Source: Elusimicrobiota bacterium (lineage in GTDB: Bacteria > Elusimicrobiota > Elusimicrobia > Elusimicrobiales > UBA9959). From it: 64,000 nucleotides of DNA. Of this stretch, positions 28,309 through 38,194 are shown in pieces. The notes beneath the pieces are model-generated. The model saw only the letters and a list, made by a program, of their open reading frames with translations. It had not been told where the DNA came from and ran no database searches. The DNA lies in NCBI GenBank assembly GCA_016207645.1, contig JACQPH010000101.1, positions 18-64,017 on the forward strand, read 5' to 3'. The position numbers were made by a program, and so were the translations under genes. How positions within the stretch are numbered: position 1 is the stretch's first letter; every line of letters begins with the position of its first letter.

Positions 28309-29781
28309 TTAAGGAACGCGGGTTTCCGGCCCTTCCCCCTCCGGCGCGGTGGAGAACGCATCCTTGAGAAGTTTGGACTGCCGTTCAAACGCCTGCCGGG
28401 CGTTCCTGGGATGGCTCATGAGGGCTATTTCCTGGGTTATCAGCCGGGAGACGTGCATTATATGTCGTTCCCTGTTTTCGGCTTCCCTGGCGAACAGCGG
28501 GTGGTCCCTGTTAATGTGTATGATCTCGCCTTCCGTGAAGGATTCCGGGGCGGAAGCGCCGAAATGGTCCATGATAAGCGCCAGCCCCTGCCTGCCTATC
28601 TTCAGTTTTTTCACCAGGGCGCTCGGCGTGACCTGCCGGAGCTTCGGCCTTTTCGCCCTTTTCTTCCCGGCGGCCGGTTTTGGGCGCTCCTCCGCCCCGC
28701 TCCCGGAGTGTCCGGCGCCCGCGGCTTCTTTTTTCCGCCTCTCGTCCGGGATAAAGCCGGCGGGGCACCACTCAAGGTTTTTCAGCAGGGCGCTCTGGAT
28801 GTTGGCCATCACTTCCTTCAGCGCCCTTGAAACCCGCCTGTTCTCCTTTTCATCCCTGAGCGCCGCCAGCTCGTGCGCTATTCTTTCGCAGACCCGCTTC
28901 ATGACCTGCGCGAAGGCCGCGTATTCCGCGTTGTCGGTTATGAAACTCGTCCTGTCGGAGGAGATCAGCAGAAAATCCGCGTGGACCTCCCCCGAGATCC
29001 TCGCTGTTTCGCCCCCGATCAGCTTTTCAAGTCCGAAAAGGTCCCGTTTGACGGTCACCTGCCTCACCCTGCATTCTATCCCCGCCGCCGCCGGGTCCGA
29101 ATGCGTCCGCGGCGCTATCACGATCTCACCATGGACCACGCCGAAGGGCGTGCCTTCCAGGAACGGGATCCTGGCGCCCACCGCGAACCGCGGCTGGATC
29201 CTGCGGCCGTTCAGGAACACCGAGAATTCCGGGGCTTTAAGCGGCACGCTTTCCTGGAGCCGGCGCTCTACCGTTTCCGGATCGAAGGCCCTGCTCAGCT
29301 CGTGCAGCGTGATCCTGGTGCCGTCCGCCAGGGACGGCTCCGGGGCTTCTATCGTGAGGGGGAGCCGCCAGTGCTCCGCCGACCGGTTCCATTCAGATTT
29401 GTCGAAGCTGACCGTGGCCGCGAACTCCCCTTTTTTCGTGAAGATCTCGAACCTGTTGCAGGCCGAAAGCGAAGAGAATTTCCCTATGCCGAACTCCCCT
29501 ATCCTTTCCCGCTGGAATTTCGGGGTCTTTCGGTGCTGCTTCTTGAAGGTGGAGCCTATGGTGAAATACTGCTTCAGCCCCTCCCGGTCCATGCCGGAAC
29601 CGTTGTCGGTTATGACGATCTTATCGGGCCCAAGGGACACACTCACCTCGGTGGCATCCGCGTCATAGGCGTTGTTGACAAGTTCTCGCACCAGCTCCAC
29701 AGCCTCGCTGTAGAGCCTTTCACCGATGGTCACTATGTGGCTTTTCTCGATAGTGACCGGTATCGTCTCCGTTTTGTCCAT
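28309..29781 (-). CDS. GHKL (HATPase_c_3 / MORC-like) ATPase
   Basis: RELVNNAYDADA, DNGSGM, GEFGIG, GTRITL motifs; second domain with GEVHADFL..SSDRTSF; INRDHP. Confidence 0.8.
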   Translation of the reverse strand: MDKTETIPVTIEKSHIVTIGERLYSEAVELVRELVNNAYDADATEVSVSLGPDKIVITDNGSGMDREGLKQYFTIGSTFKKQHRKTPKFQRERIGEFGIGKFSSLSACNRFEIFTKKGEFAATVSFDKSEWNRSAEHWRLPLTIEAPEPSLADGTRITLHELSRAFDPETVERRLQESVPLKAPEFSVFLNGRRIQPRFAVGARIPFLEGTPFGVVHGEIVIAPRTHSDPAAAGIECRVRQVTVKRDLFGLEKLIGGETARISGEVHADFLLISSDRTSFITDNAEYAAFAQVMKRVCERIAHELAALRDEKENRRVSRALKEVMANIQSALLKNLEWCPAGFIPDERRKKEAAGAGHSGSGAEERPKPAAGKKRAKRPKLRQVTPSALVKKLKIGRQGLALIMDHFGASAPESFTEGEIIHINRDHPLFAREAENRERHIMHVSRLITQEIALMSHPRNARQAFERQSKLLKDAFSTAPEGEGPETRVP

Positions 29782-29949
29782 AATGGCTTATTGTGAATAT
29801 TATATAATTTGCCGCAGGGGAACCCTACACGATCCGGCGACAGACCCCCTCCTCCTTCTCTCCGCAAAATTCCTTTAGTCCCCTGATTATTTATATAATT
29901 AAAGCCGGCGGGTTTGTCTGAACGCCGGCGGTTTCGCTTTATTATATCG

Positions 29950-32900
29950 ATGCAACCTGGATTTATACATCTTCATAACCACTCCGAGTACTCGCTGCTT
30001 GACGGGATGCTGCGCCTTTCGGACGGGCACGGCAATCCCTCCGAGTTCCTCAAAGGCCTCGGCGCGCGGCCAGGCAACGCCCTCGCCATCACCGACCACG
30101 GCAACATGTACGGCGCCATGGAGTTCTACTTCATGGCCAACGCCGCCGGCCTCAAACCCATCATAGGCTGCGAATGCTACGTCACCCGCGGCTCCCGCAA
30201 GGACCGCGACAAGAGCACCACCCGCCGCGACAACGGCCATATGACCGTCCTCGCGAAGAACGAGACCGGCTACCGCAACCTCATGAAGATGGTCTCCGCC
30301 TCCTTCCTCGAAGGCTTCTACCACGACCCCAGGATCGACGCCGAGCTCCTCGCCAGGCACGCCGACGGCCTCGTCTGCCTCTCCGGCTGCCTCAAGTCCC
30401 ACATCTCCAGGAACTGCGCCGAGAACCATCTCGACGAAGCCGCCAAGATGGCCATGGAGTACCAGGACATCCTCGGCAAAGGCAACTTCTACCTCGAGCT
30501 CATGGACCACACCATCCCGGAGGAAATAGCCGCCATGGCCGGCCTCGTCGAAATAGCCAAACGCACCGGCATCCCTCTCGTCGCCACCAACGATTGCCAC
30601 TACCAGAAAAAAGAGGACTGGGAAGCCCACGAAGCCCATGTCTGCATCTCCACCGGCAAGACGCTGGACGACCCCGACCGGATGAGGCAGACCCAGCACG
30701 AGCTTTACTACAAGTCCCCCGAAGAGATGATCAAGCTCTTCTCCCACACCCCCGAAGCCGTCAAGAACACCCTCGTCATCGCCGACATGTGCAATATCAA
30801 GATCGACACCAAGACGCTGCACCTGCCCGCTTTCGACATTCCCCAGCCGTACAAAGACAAGCACCCCGAAGGCGACGGCGACTACTATTATCTTAAGGAC
30901 CTCTGCGAAGAAGGCCTGAGGAAAAAAGTCCCCAATGCCGGCGAGGACTACCGCAAGCGCCTCGAATTCGAGCTCGACACCATCAGGAAGATGGGCTTCT
31001 CCAGCTACTTCCTGATAGTTATGGATTTCATAAAGCACGGCCGCGGCATCGGCGTGCCCGTCGGCCCCGGCCGCGGCTCCGGCGCCGGCTCGCTGGTCGC
31101 CTACACCCTCGACATCACCCGCGTGGACCCGCTGCCCAATTCCCTGCTGTTCGAGCGCTTCCTCAACCCCGGCCGCAAGAGCATGCCGGACCTCGACATC
31201 GATTTCTCCGACGACGGCCGCGAGAAGGTGGTGCAGTACGTCCGCGAGAAGTACGGCTCCAGCCGCGTCGCCAATATCATCACCTACGGCACCATCAAGG
31301 CCAAGAGCGCCGTGCGCGACGTCGGCCGCGTGATGAGCATCCCGCTCGCCGAGATCAACGCCATCGCCAAGCTGGTCCCCGCCGAGCTCGGCACCACCCT
31401 CTACAAGGCCCTCAACGAGGTCAACGAGCTGAAAGAATACCAGCGCGACCCCAAGCTCAAAAAGATGTTCGAGATAGCGATGAAGGTGGAGGGCCTGCGC
31501 CGCCAGACAGGCGTGCACGCCGCCGGCGTCGTGATCTCCAGGGACGACGTCACCGACTACGTCCCGCTGGCCAACCGCAACAACAAGGACGTCATCACCA
31601 CCCAGTACGACGGCAACATGCTCGGCGCCCTCGGCATGCTCAAGGTGGACTTCCTCGGCCTGCGCACCCTCACCATCATCGAGACCGCCTCCGAGTTCAT
31701 CCGCAAGCTGCCCGGCCAGGAAAATTTCGACATCTACTCGGTCCCGATGGACGACAAGAAGTCCTTCGACCTGCTCTGCGAGGGCAAGACCACCGGCGTG
31801 TTCCAGCTGGAAAGCGACGGCATGAAGAAGCTGGTGAAGGGCCTCAAGCCCACCGCCTTCAGCGACATCGCCGCCCTGGTCGCCCTGTACCGCCCCGGCC
31901 CCATCGAGAGCGGCATGCTGGAGATGTTCGTGGACCGCAAGCACGGCCGCAAGAAGATCACCTACGACCACCCGCTGCTCGAGCCCATCCTGAAGGACAC
32001 CTACGGCACGATGGTGTACCAGGAACAGGTGATGGAAATTTCGAAGAAGCTGGCCGACTTCACGCCCAGCGAGGCCGACGATTTCCGCAAGGCCATGGGC
32101 AAGAAGAAGCTCGACGTCATGGAGAAGCTGCGCGTCAAGTTCGTGGAGCAGTCCAGGAAGTACCACGACATCTCCAACAAGCTCTCCAGCAAGATCTTCG
32201 ACGATATGGCGAAGTTCGCCGGCTACGGCTTCAATAAGTCCCACTCGGTGGCCTACGCGCTGATCGCCTACCATACCGCCTGGCTGAAGGCCAATTACCC
32301 GGTTGAGTTCATGGCCGCGCTGCTGACCAGCGAGATAGGCAAGAGCGCCGTCAACTCCGAGGAGAAGGAGAACAAGCTGGTCACCTATATCGGCGAGGCC
32401 CAGGACATGGAGATCCAGATCCTGGGCCCGAGCGTGAACCGCTCCCGGAAGAAATTTTCGATAGAGGAAGTCCAGGGCAAGCCCGCCATCCGCTTCGCGC
32501 TGACCGCCGTGAAGAACGTGGGGGAGGGCGTGGTGGAGACCCTGGTGGCCGAGCGGGAAAGGAACGGTCCTTACCGCTCCTTCGAGGAATTCACGCTGCG
32601 CGCCGACTCCAAGCAGCTCAACAAGCGCGTCGTGGAGTCGCTGGCCAAGGGCGGGGCTTTCGACGGCTTCTACCCGGCCGGGAAGCCGGAGCTCTCCCGC
32701 ACGAAGGCCATGGAGGCGGTAGAGGCCTTCTGCGGCGGCAAGATAGCCGATATCAACCAGGCCCTGCTCTTCGGCGAGGAAAAAAAGGGCCCCGCCGTGA
32801 TGAGCGAGCACGCGCTGCTCAAGAACGAGCGCGAGGTGCTGGGTTTTTATTTCTCCGGGCACCCGCTGAACAGCTACCGGCGGCACCTGAGCATGGTGTC

Positions 32901-33462
32901 CAACGCGCAGGCTGACAAGGTCCTGGCGGGCGGCTTCGCCGAGGGCGCCATGGTGCGCGTGGCCGGGATAGTGGCGCAGTTCAAGAATATGCAGAGCAAG
33001 AAGACCGGGGAAACCTGGGCTAAATTCGAGGTGGAGGATCTGACCGGGAACGTCGAGGTATGCCTGTTCTCGAAGAAGTACAGGATGTACGGCTCCCAGC
33101 TCGGTCCGAACAAGGTGGTGGTGGTGACCGGCAAGGTGCAGAAATCCGATTTCGGCGAGCAGAACTACGAGCTGATCGCCGAGGAGGCCTACCCGCTGTT
33201 CGAGGCCATGAACAAATGGGCCCGCGGCCTGGTGGTCAATTTGCCGGAGGGCATCCTTTTCGACGAGAAGCAGCTGCACGAGCTGAAGTCGGCCATAGGC
33301 AAAAGCCACGGCTTGTGCCCGGTTTATTTCCAGGTGAACGCCAGGGGGCGGGGCACCTACATGATAGAGACCACGGAGCGGGTGGCGCTGAGCGACGCGC
33401 TGCTGCACGATATCGAACGGCTCCTGGGGGACAAGACCTGGAAAGTGGAAAGCGGATCCTGA
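29950..33462 (+). CDS. dnaE: DNA polymerase III alpha subunit
   Basis: HLHNHSEYSLLDG PHP domain, [28 protein letters not shown] fold. Confidence 0.97.
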   Translation: MQPGFIHLHNHSEYSLLDGMLRLSDGHGNPSEFLKGLGARPGNALAITDHGNMYGAMEFYFMANAAGLKPIIGCECYVTRGSRKDRDKSTTRRDNGHMTVLAKNETGYRNLMKMVSASFLEGFYHDPRIDAELLARHADGLVCLSGCLKSHISRNCAENHLDEAAKMAMEYQDILGKGNFYLELMDHTIPEEIAAMAGLVEIAKRTGIPLVATNDCHYQKKEDWEAHEAHVCISTGKTLDDPDRMRQTQHELYYKSPEEMIKLFSHTPEAVKNTLVIADMCNIKIDTKTLHLPAFDIPQPYKDKHPEGDGDYYYLKDLCEEGLRKKVPNAGEDYRKRLEFELDTIRKMGFSSYFLIVMDFIKHGRGIGVPVGPGRGSGAGSLVAYTLDITRVDPLPNSLLFERFLNPGRKSMPDLDIDFSDDGREKVVQYVREKYGSSRVANIITYGTIKAKSAVRDVGRVMSIPLAEINAIAKLVPAELGTTLYKALNEVNELKEYQRDPKLKKMFEIAMKVEGLRRQTGVHAAGVVISRDDVTDYVPLANRNNKDVITTQYDGNMLGALGMLKVDFLGLRTLTIIETASEFIRKLPGQENFDIYSVPMDDKKSFDLLCEGKTTGVFQLESDGMKKLVKGLKPTAFSDIAALVALYRPGPIESGMLEMFVDRKHGRKKITYDHPLLEPILKDTYGTMVYQEQVMEISKKLADFTPSEADDFRKAMGKKKLDVMEKLRVKFVEQSRKYHDISNKLSSKIFDDMAKFAGYGFNKSHSVAYALIAYHTAWLKANYPVEFMAALLTSEIGKSAVNSEEKENKLVTYIGEAQDMEIQILGPSVNRSRKKFSIEEVQGKPAIRFALTAVKNVGEGVVETLVAERERNGPYRSFEEFTLRADSKQLNKRVVESLAKGGAFDGFYPAGKPELSRTKAMEAVEAFCGGKIADINQALLFGEEKKGPAVMSEHALLKNEREVLGFYFSGHPLNSYRRHLSMVSNAQADKVLAGGFAEGAMVRVAGIVAQFKNMQSKKTGETWAKFEVEDLTGNVEVCLFSKKYRMYGSQLGPNKVVVVTGKVQKSDFGEQNYELIAEEAYPLFEAMNKWARGLVVNLPEGILFDEKQLHELKSAIGKSHGLCPVYFQVNARGRGTYMIETTERVALSDALLHDIERLLGDKTWKVESGS

Positions 33463-33491
33463 CGCCTACGAATAAATATAAGGAAGGACTG

Positions 33492-34238
33492 ATGAAAAAA
33501 CTTAATTCCGTGCTCGCGCTGCTGCTGCTGGCCGCGGTTCCCGCCCCGGCGAAAGACAAGGAGAAAGGCGAGTCCGTTGTCATCCCCGACGTGGAAATGA
33601 TCGACGTGCCGACCGCCGGCATCCTCGACTATTACGGCTTTATGGTCAAGACCCGCTTCTATTCCGGCGGCGGCGTGCTGGGCGGGCTGAACTTCGGCGT
33701 GCAGGAGCGCCTGAACCTCGGGGCCTCGATGTCGGTGGATCGCCTGGTCGGTTCCGATTCCCCGATAAAGATGCGGCGCCCCGAGATCCAGGTCAAGTTC
33801 CGCTTCTTCGACGGCGGCTATTACATACCGGCGGCCGCCGTAGGTTACGACGGGCAGGGCTACTACTACGATCCGGCCGACAAGAAATACCTGGAGAAGG
33901 GCAAAGGCCTCTACCTGGTCGGCTCCAAGGAAATAGGCCTGGCCGGCCTCGCCCTGCACGGAGGCTTCAACGTGCCGGACTTCGACAATAACTACCTTTT
34001 CGGCTTCCTCGGCCTGAACTACACCCTGGAGGACAAGATAGCCTTCATGCTGGAGTACGACAGCCTGTTCCACAGCGACGACCCGGCCAGGTTCAACGCC
34101 GGCATCCGCCTCTACGTCACCCCCTACTTCCAGCTGGACATGGGCGTGCGCGAGATAGGCCGCAACGGCGCCTTCGACAACGGCGCGAAGCGCAAGGCCG
34201 AGCGCATGGTGCAGATGCGGTACAATACGAGCTTTTAA
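33492..34238 (+). CDS. Outer-membrane beta-barrel protein (YjbH-like)
   Basis: Signal peptide; IDVPTAGIL; alternating strands; C-terminal Phe; RBS aggaagga. Confidence 0.6.
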   Translation: MKKLNSVLALLLLAAVPAPAKDKEKGESVVIPDVEMIDVPTAGILDYYGFMVKTRFYSGGGVLGGLNFGVQERLNLGASMSVDRLVGSDSPIKMRRPEIQVKFRFFDGGYYIPAAAVGYDGQGYYYDPADKKYLEKGKGLYLVGSKEIGLAGLALHGGFNVPDFDNNYLFGFLGLNYTLEDKIAFMLEYDSLFHSDDPARFNAGIRLYVTPYFQLDMGVREIGRNGAFDNGAKRKAERMVQMRYNTSF

Positions 34239-34268
34239 AGGATGAGGCGGTAATTCAAGGAGAAATTT

Positions 34269-35303
34269 ATGGCGAAAAAAATAGGCGTACTTACGGGCGG
34301 GGGGGACTGCCCCGGGCTTAACCCGGCTATAAAGGGCTGCGTCTGGGCCGCCGAGAAGTTCGGCTATGAATGCTTAGGCCTCACCGACGGCTGGAAGGGC
34401 CTGGTGGAAGGGCTTACCACGCCGCTGAGCCGTGAGAATACGGAATACATCATAATGAAAGGCGGCACCATGCTGGGCACCTCCCGCACCAACCCTTTCA
34501 AGAAGCCGGAGAACGTGGCGAAATGCCTGGAGACCTTCAAGAAGCTGGACCTGCACGCCCTGGTGGCCATGGGCGGCGAGGACACGCTGGGCGTGGCCAC
34601 CCGCTTCTACGGCGAGCACAAGCTCAACGTGGTCGGCGTGCCCAAGACCATGGACAACGACCTGAGCGCCACCGACTACACCTTCGGTTTCGATACCTCG
34701 GTGACCAAGGCGATGGAAGCCGCCGAGGCCCTGACGGACACCGGGCGCAGCCACCGCCGGGTGATGGTGCTGGAAGTGATGGGCCGCCACGCCGGCTGGG
34801 TGGCGCTGTTCACGGCCATAGCCTCCTCCGCCGATTTCGTCTGCATCCCCGAGAAGGAGATAGACACCGCGGCCCTCCTGGCCAAGATAAAGGCGGCCTA
34901 CGCGAAGAAGAAGTTCGCCCTCGTGGTGACCAGCGAGGCCTCGGCCCTGCCCGCGGCGGGCGAAGGCGGGCAGAAGCGCGAGCTGGACCAGTTCGGCCAC
35001 GTGATCCTGAAGGACCGGGGCATGGGCGAGCGCATCGCCGGCTTCATCGAGAAGAACACCGGCTTCGAGACCCGCTCCGCCGTGATAGGGCATATGCAGC
35101 GCGGCGGCGCCCCGACGCTGTTCGACCGCATGCTGGGCGTACGGGTGGGCGTGAAGGCCGCCGAGCTGGTGCGCGACGGGCAGTTCGGGCAGATGTCGGC
35201 CCTCGTCGGCAACAAGATAGTGGGCGTGCCGCTGGAAAAAGCCACCGGCGAGCTCAAGACCGTTTCCAGCGACTGGAACGGCCTGATGGAAGTCCTCTTT
35301 TAG
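34269..35303 (+). CDS. pfkA: 6-phosphofructokinase (group III type)
   Basis: TGGGDCPGLN, GGTMLGTSR, GGEDT, PKTMDND, MGRHAGW. Confidence 0.92.
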   Translation: MAKKIGVLTGGGDCPGLNPAIKGCVWAAEKFGYECLGLTDGWKGLVEGLTTPLSRENTEYIIMKGGTMLGTSRTNPFKKPENVAKCLETFKKLDLHALVAMGGEDTLGVATRFYGEHKLNVVGVPKTMDNDLSATDYTFGFDTSVTKAMEAAEALTDTGRSHRRVMVLEVMGRHAGWVALFTAIASSADFVCIPEKEIDTAALLAKIKAAYAKKKFALVVTSEASALPAAGEGGQKRELDQFGHVILKDRGMGERIAGFIEKNTGFETRSAVIGHMQRGGAPTLFDRMLGVRVGVKAAELVRDGQFGQMSALVGNKIVGVPLEKATGELKTVSSDWNGLMEVLF

Positions 35304-35318
35304 CCCTTAGGAGCATTT

Positions 35319-35864
35319 ATGACCGAAAACACCGAAGCTAAAGCGCCGGAGCAGTTCCAGCGAAAGACCATACTTATCAAGAAGACCCTGCAGTACCACT
35401 ACATGGCCCTGATCCTGGCCAGCGTGGCGCTGGCCTTCATAGTCTTCGGGCTGGAGGCCATCTGGACCGTTTCCAAGGTGGTCAACGAGAACCCCTACCT
35501 GATGCCGCTGCTCGACATCATAAAGGATATGGCCCCGCTGTTCGCCATCAAGATAGCGACTTACCTGGTGATAGTGATCATCGTGTCCGCCGTCATCTCC
35601 CACCGCATGGCCGGCCCCATCTTCAAGTTCGAGAAAAGCTGCGGCACGGTGGCCGACGGCGACCTGACCCACCGCGTGTACCTGCGCAAGGGCGACCAGC
35701 TGACCGACCTGCAGGACAGCTTCAATATCATGGCGGGCGCGGTCCACGAGATAGTCAAGGAATACGAGAAATTCCGCGTCGAGGCCGACGCGGCGGGCCT
35801 GGGCGCGAAAGCCGAGGCCCTCTCGAAGAAGATAACGGAGATAATGCCGAAGTTCAAGGTGTGA
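35319..35864 (+). CDS. Small membrane protein with HAMP domain
   Basis: Two TM helices then SHRMAGPI...GDLT..LRKGDQLTDL. Confidence 0.75.
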   Translation: MTENTEAKAPEQFQRKTILIKKTLQYHYMALILASVALAFIVFGLEAIWTVSKVVNENPYLMPLLDIIKDMAPLFAIKIATYLVIVIIVSAVISHRMAGPIFKFEKSCGTVADGDLTHRVYLRKGDQLTDLQDSFNIMAGAVHEIVKEYEKFRVEADAAGLGAKAEALSKKITEIMPKFKV

Positions 35865-35870
35865 GGTAAC

Positions 35871-37145
35871 ATGAAGTTCGCCCTGCTGCTGGCCCTGCTC
35901 GCGGCTCCCGCCGCGGCCCGGGAGAGCGGCGAAACGCTCACCATAGACGAAGCCGTCTCCATAGCGGTGAAGAACAGCCCCGCCGCCCTGGCGGCGGAGC
36001 AGGACATAATCATCGCCAGGCAGCGCATGCGCGAGGCCCGCTTCCTGGCCCTCCCGCAGCTCACTCTTTCCGGCACGCTCAGCCGCGCGAACCTGGAATA
36101 CCCGGCCCTGCTCGGTCCGGAGCTCGGCGGCCGCTACGTGGACCCCCGGGCCGGGGACGAATTCTACTCCCTGCGCGCGCAGGCCCTGCAGCCGCTCTAT
36201 ACCGGCGGGATGAACACCAATACGCTCAAGCTGGCCAGGACCGCCCATAGCCGGGCCAAGACCAATTACGAGGCCGTCAGGGCCGACGCCGCCCTGGCGG
36301 CCAAGAAAGCTTTTTACGGCCTGCTTTACCAGCGCCGCCTGGCCGAGTCCGCGGCGCGCTGGCTGGGCCGCGGGCGGGAACTGGATTCCTCCCTGCGCAA
36401 GGACGCTTTCGAGGCCCTGGAAGCGGCCATGCTGCTGTCCGGGCTTTCCGACCACGCCCAGCAGGCGGGCAGCGGGGCCGAGGCGGCGCTCACCGACCTG
36501 CGCCGGGCGCTTAACCGCGAGCCCGGCTACCAGGTCGACATCGACGGCGGTTTCGAGCCGCTCCCGGTAAGGACGGACGCCACCGGCAGCCTGGTCACGG
36601 CCATGGAGGCCCGCTCCGAGCTGAAGAGCGAGCTCTACAAGGCGCAGATGGACGACATCGCCGTGAACATGGCCCTGGTGCGCCGCTATCCCACCATCTA
36701 CCTCGGGGCCAGTTACGACGTCACTTCCTATAATCTCACGCCGCTGACCGGGGACCCGGACAGGTCCAGCAACTGGCTGGCCTCCCTCGCCATTCATTTC
36801 CCGCTCTCCTACGATATCTGGACGCAGGTGCAGCAGCGCAGGGCGCAGCAGCGCCAGGGCGAGCTGAAGCGCGCCGAGCTCCAGGACGCCATACGGTTCG
36901 AGATCCTCTCGGCGCACCGGGAAGCCGCTTTCTGGCAGGCCGAGGCCGCCAAGCTGGGCGCGGAAGTCTCCGGGATGAAGGAAGATTACGAGGCGGCCCT
37001 GCGCGGGGCCGGCCCTTCGATGGCGGCCCTGCGCGCTTTATGCGCGCTTTGCGAGCTGGAGAGGAAGTCGCTGGACGCCGTCTATAAGCAGCTGCTCGCC
37101 CGCATAAAGCTGGAATGGGCGCAGGGCAGGGACTTGGCGAAGTAA
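35871..37145 (+). CDS. TolC family outer-membrane protein
   Basis: LTIDEAVSIAVKNSP, LPQLTL, QPLYTGG, RSEL, YPTI. Confidence 0.8.
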   Translation: MKFALLLALLAAPAAARESGETLTIDEAVSIAVKNSPAALAAEQDIIIARQRMREARFLALPQLTLSGTLSRANLEYPALLGPELGGRYVDPRAGDEFYSLRAQALQPLYTGGMNTNTLKLARTAHSRAKTNYEAVRADAALAAKKAFYGLLYQRRLAESAARWLGRGRELDSSLRKDAFEALEAAMLLSGLSDHAQQAGSGAEAALTDLRRALNREPGYQVDIDGGFEPLPVRTDATGSLVTAMEARSELKSELYKAQMDDIAVNMALVRRYPTIYLGASYDVTSYNLTPLTGDPDRSSNWLASLAIHFPLSYDIWTQVQQRRAQQRQGELKRAELQDAIRFEILSAHREAAFWQAEAAKLGAEVSGMKEDYEAALRGAGPSMAALRALCALCELERKSLDAVYKQLLARIKLEWAQGRDLAK

Positions 37146-37147
37146 AC

Positions 37148-37220
37148 GTAACTACCCGGGTAGTGGAGGGTTGGACGGGGTTTTGTTTCGCGAACCCCAT
37201 ACAGCGATTTGAGTGGTTAT
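37148..37220 (+). repeat. Dispersed palindromic element, copy 3 (internally deleted)
   Basis: Left arm gtaactacccgggtagtggagggttgg..ggggttttgtttcgcgaacccc joined directly to a right-end-like segment atacagcgatttgagtggttat. Confidence 0.8.
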
Positions 37221-37234
37221 AGTGCGGGTGTAAA

Positions 37235-38194
37235 ATGCGGTTTAAATTAGAACACATTATTCTCTCCTTGCTTTTCGCCGCCTGCCCCGGCCGTATCTCG
37301 GCGCAGGCGACCGACGACGACATCTTGCGGGACGCGCTGTGGACCCGCCTCGCCTCGTCGAAGCCGCCGGCCAGGCCTTCCGTGGGCCTCGCCCTCTCCG
37401 GCGGCGGCGCCCGGGGCTTCGCCCATACCGGGGTGCTGGAGACCCTGGAATACGCGGGTTTCCCGGTGGACTACGTCGCCGGCACTTCCATAGGGGCGGT
37501 GATAGGCTCGCTTTACGCCTCCGGCTCCACCGTCCCGGACATCTGGCGGTTCGGCAGGGCCGCCAGGGAACTGAAGATCACCAGGGATTTCAAGAGCATA
37601 AAGCTGCTGAGCCTGCTTATCACCAACAGGCTGATAACCCCGACGCACATAAACAGTTTTCTCGACGCGCGCTTCGGGGGGCTCACTTTCGAGGGCCTCA
37701 GGGTGCCTTTCGCCTGCTCCGCCATGGACCTGCGCACCGGCGAGAAAATAGTCTTTACGGAGGGGCCGCTGGCCATAGCGGTGAAGGCCAGCTCCAACCT
37801 GCCCGGGATCTTCGCCCCGGTGCAGTACCGCCACCGCTACCTGGTGGACGGCGGCGTGGTGGATTTCGTCCCCATAGGCGCGGCCAGGCAGCTGGGCGCC
37901 GATTGGGTGCTCGCCAGCGTCATCAGCAACGTCTCCAGCCGCGCGCCGGAGAACGTCCTGATGTCGCTCCTCCAGGTCATAGACATCCGCGGCTCGCTGC
38001 TGGCGCTTTCGGCGGAGAAGGCGGCGGGGTTCGTCATCAAGTCCGAGGTGGGGGATATGACGGTGGCGGATTTCGACAGGTGCGAGGAGGCCGGGGAGAC
38101 CGGGCTGATCGAGGCCAACCGCCGCATCGACGCCGCGCGCGAGGCCCTGCTGCTCTACGCCGCGCCGCGGCTGGCGGAGAAACCGGGACCATGA
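37235..38194 (+). CDS. Patatin-like phospholipase
   Basis: GGGARG, GTSIG, DGG motifs; signal peptide. Confidence 0.9.
   Translation: MRFKLEHIILSLLFAACPGRISAQATDDDILRDALWTRLASSKPPARPSVGLALSGGGARGFAHTGVLETLEYAGFPVDYVAGTSIGAVIGSLYASGSTVPDIWRFGRAARELKITRDFKSIKLLSLLITNRLITPTHINSFLDARFGGLTFEGLRVPFACSAMDLRTGEKIVFTEGPLAIAVKASSNLPGIFAPVQYRHRYLVDGGVVDFVPIGAARQLGADWVLASVISNVSSRAPENVLMSLLQVIDIRGSLLALSAEKAAGFVIKSEVGDMTVADFDRCEEAGETGLIEANRRIDAAREALLLYAAPRLAEKPGP

Noticed and set aside
29899-33408. 1169-aa ORF antisense to dnaE
   Set aside because: Shadow ORF expected from GC3 bias
29950-33462. Intein or split in dnaE
   Set aside because: Normal length; no intein motifs visible
33060-33491. N-terminal extensions given by the ORF track (also 37339-38190 and 13989-16214)
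   Set aside because: They overlap real genes in other frames; better starts with RBS or ATGA coupling exist
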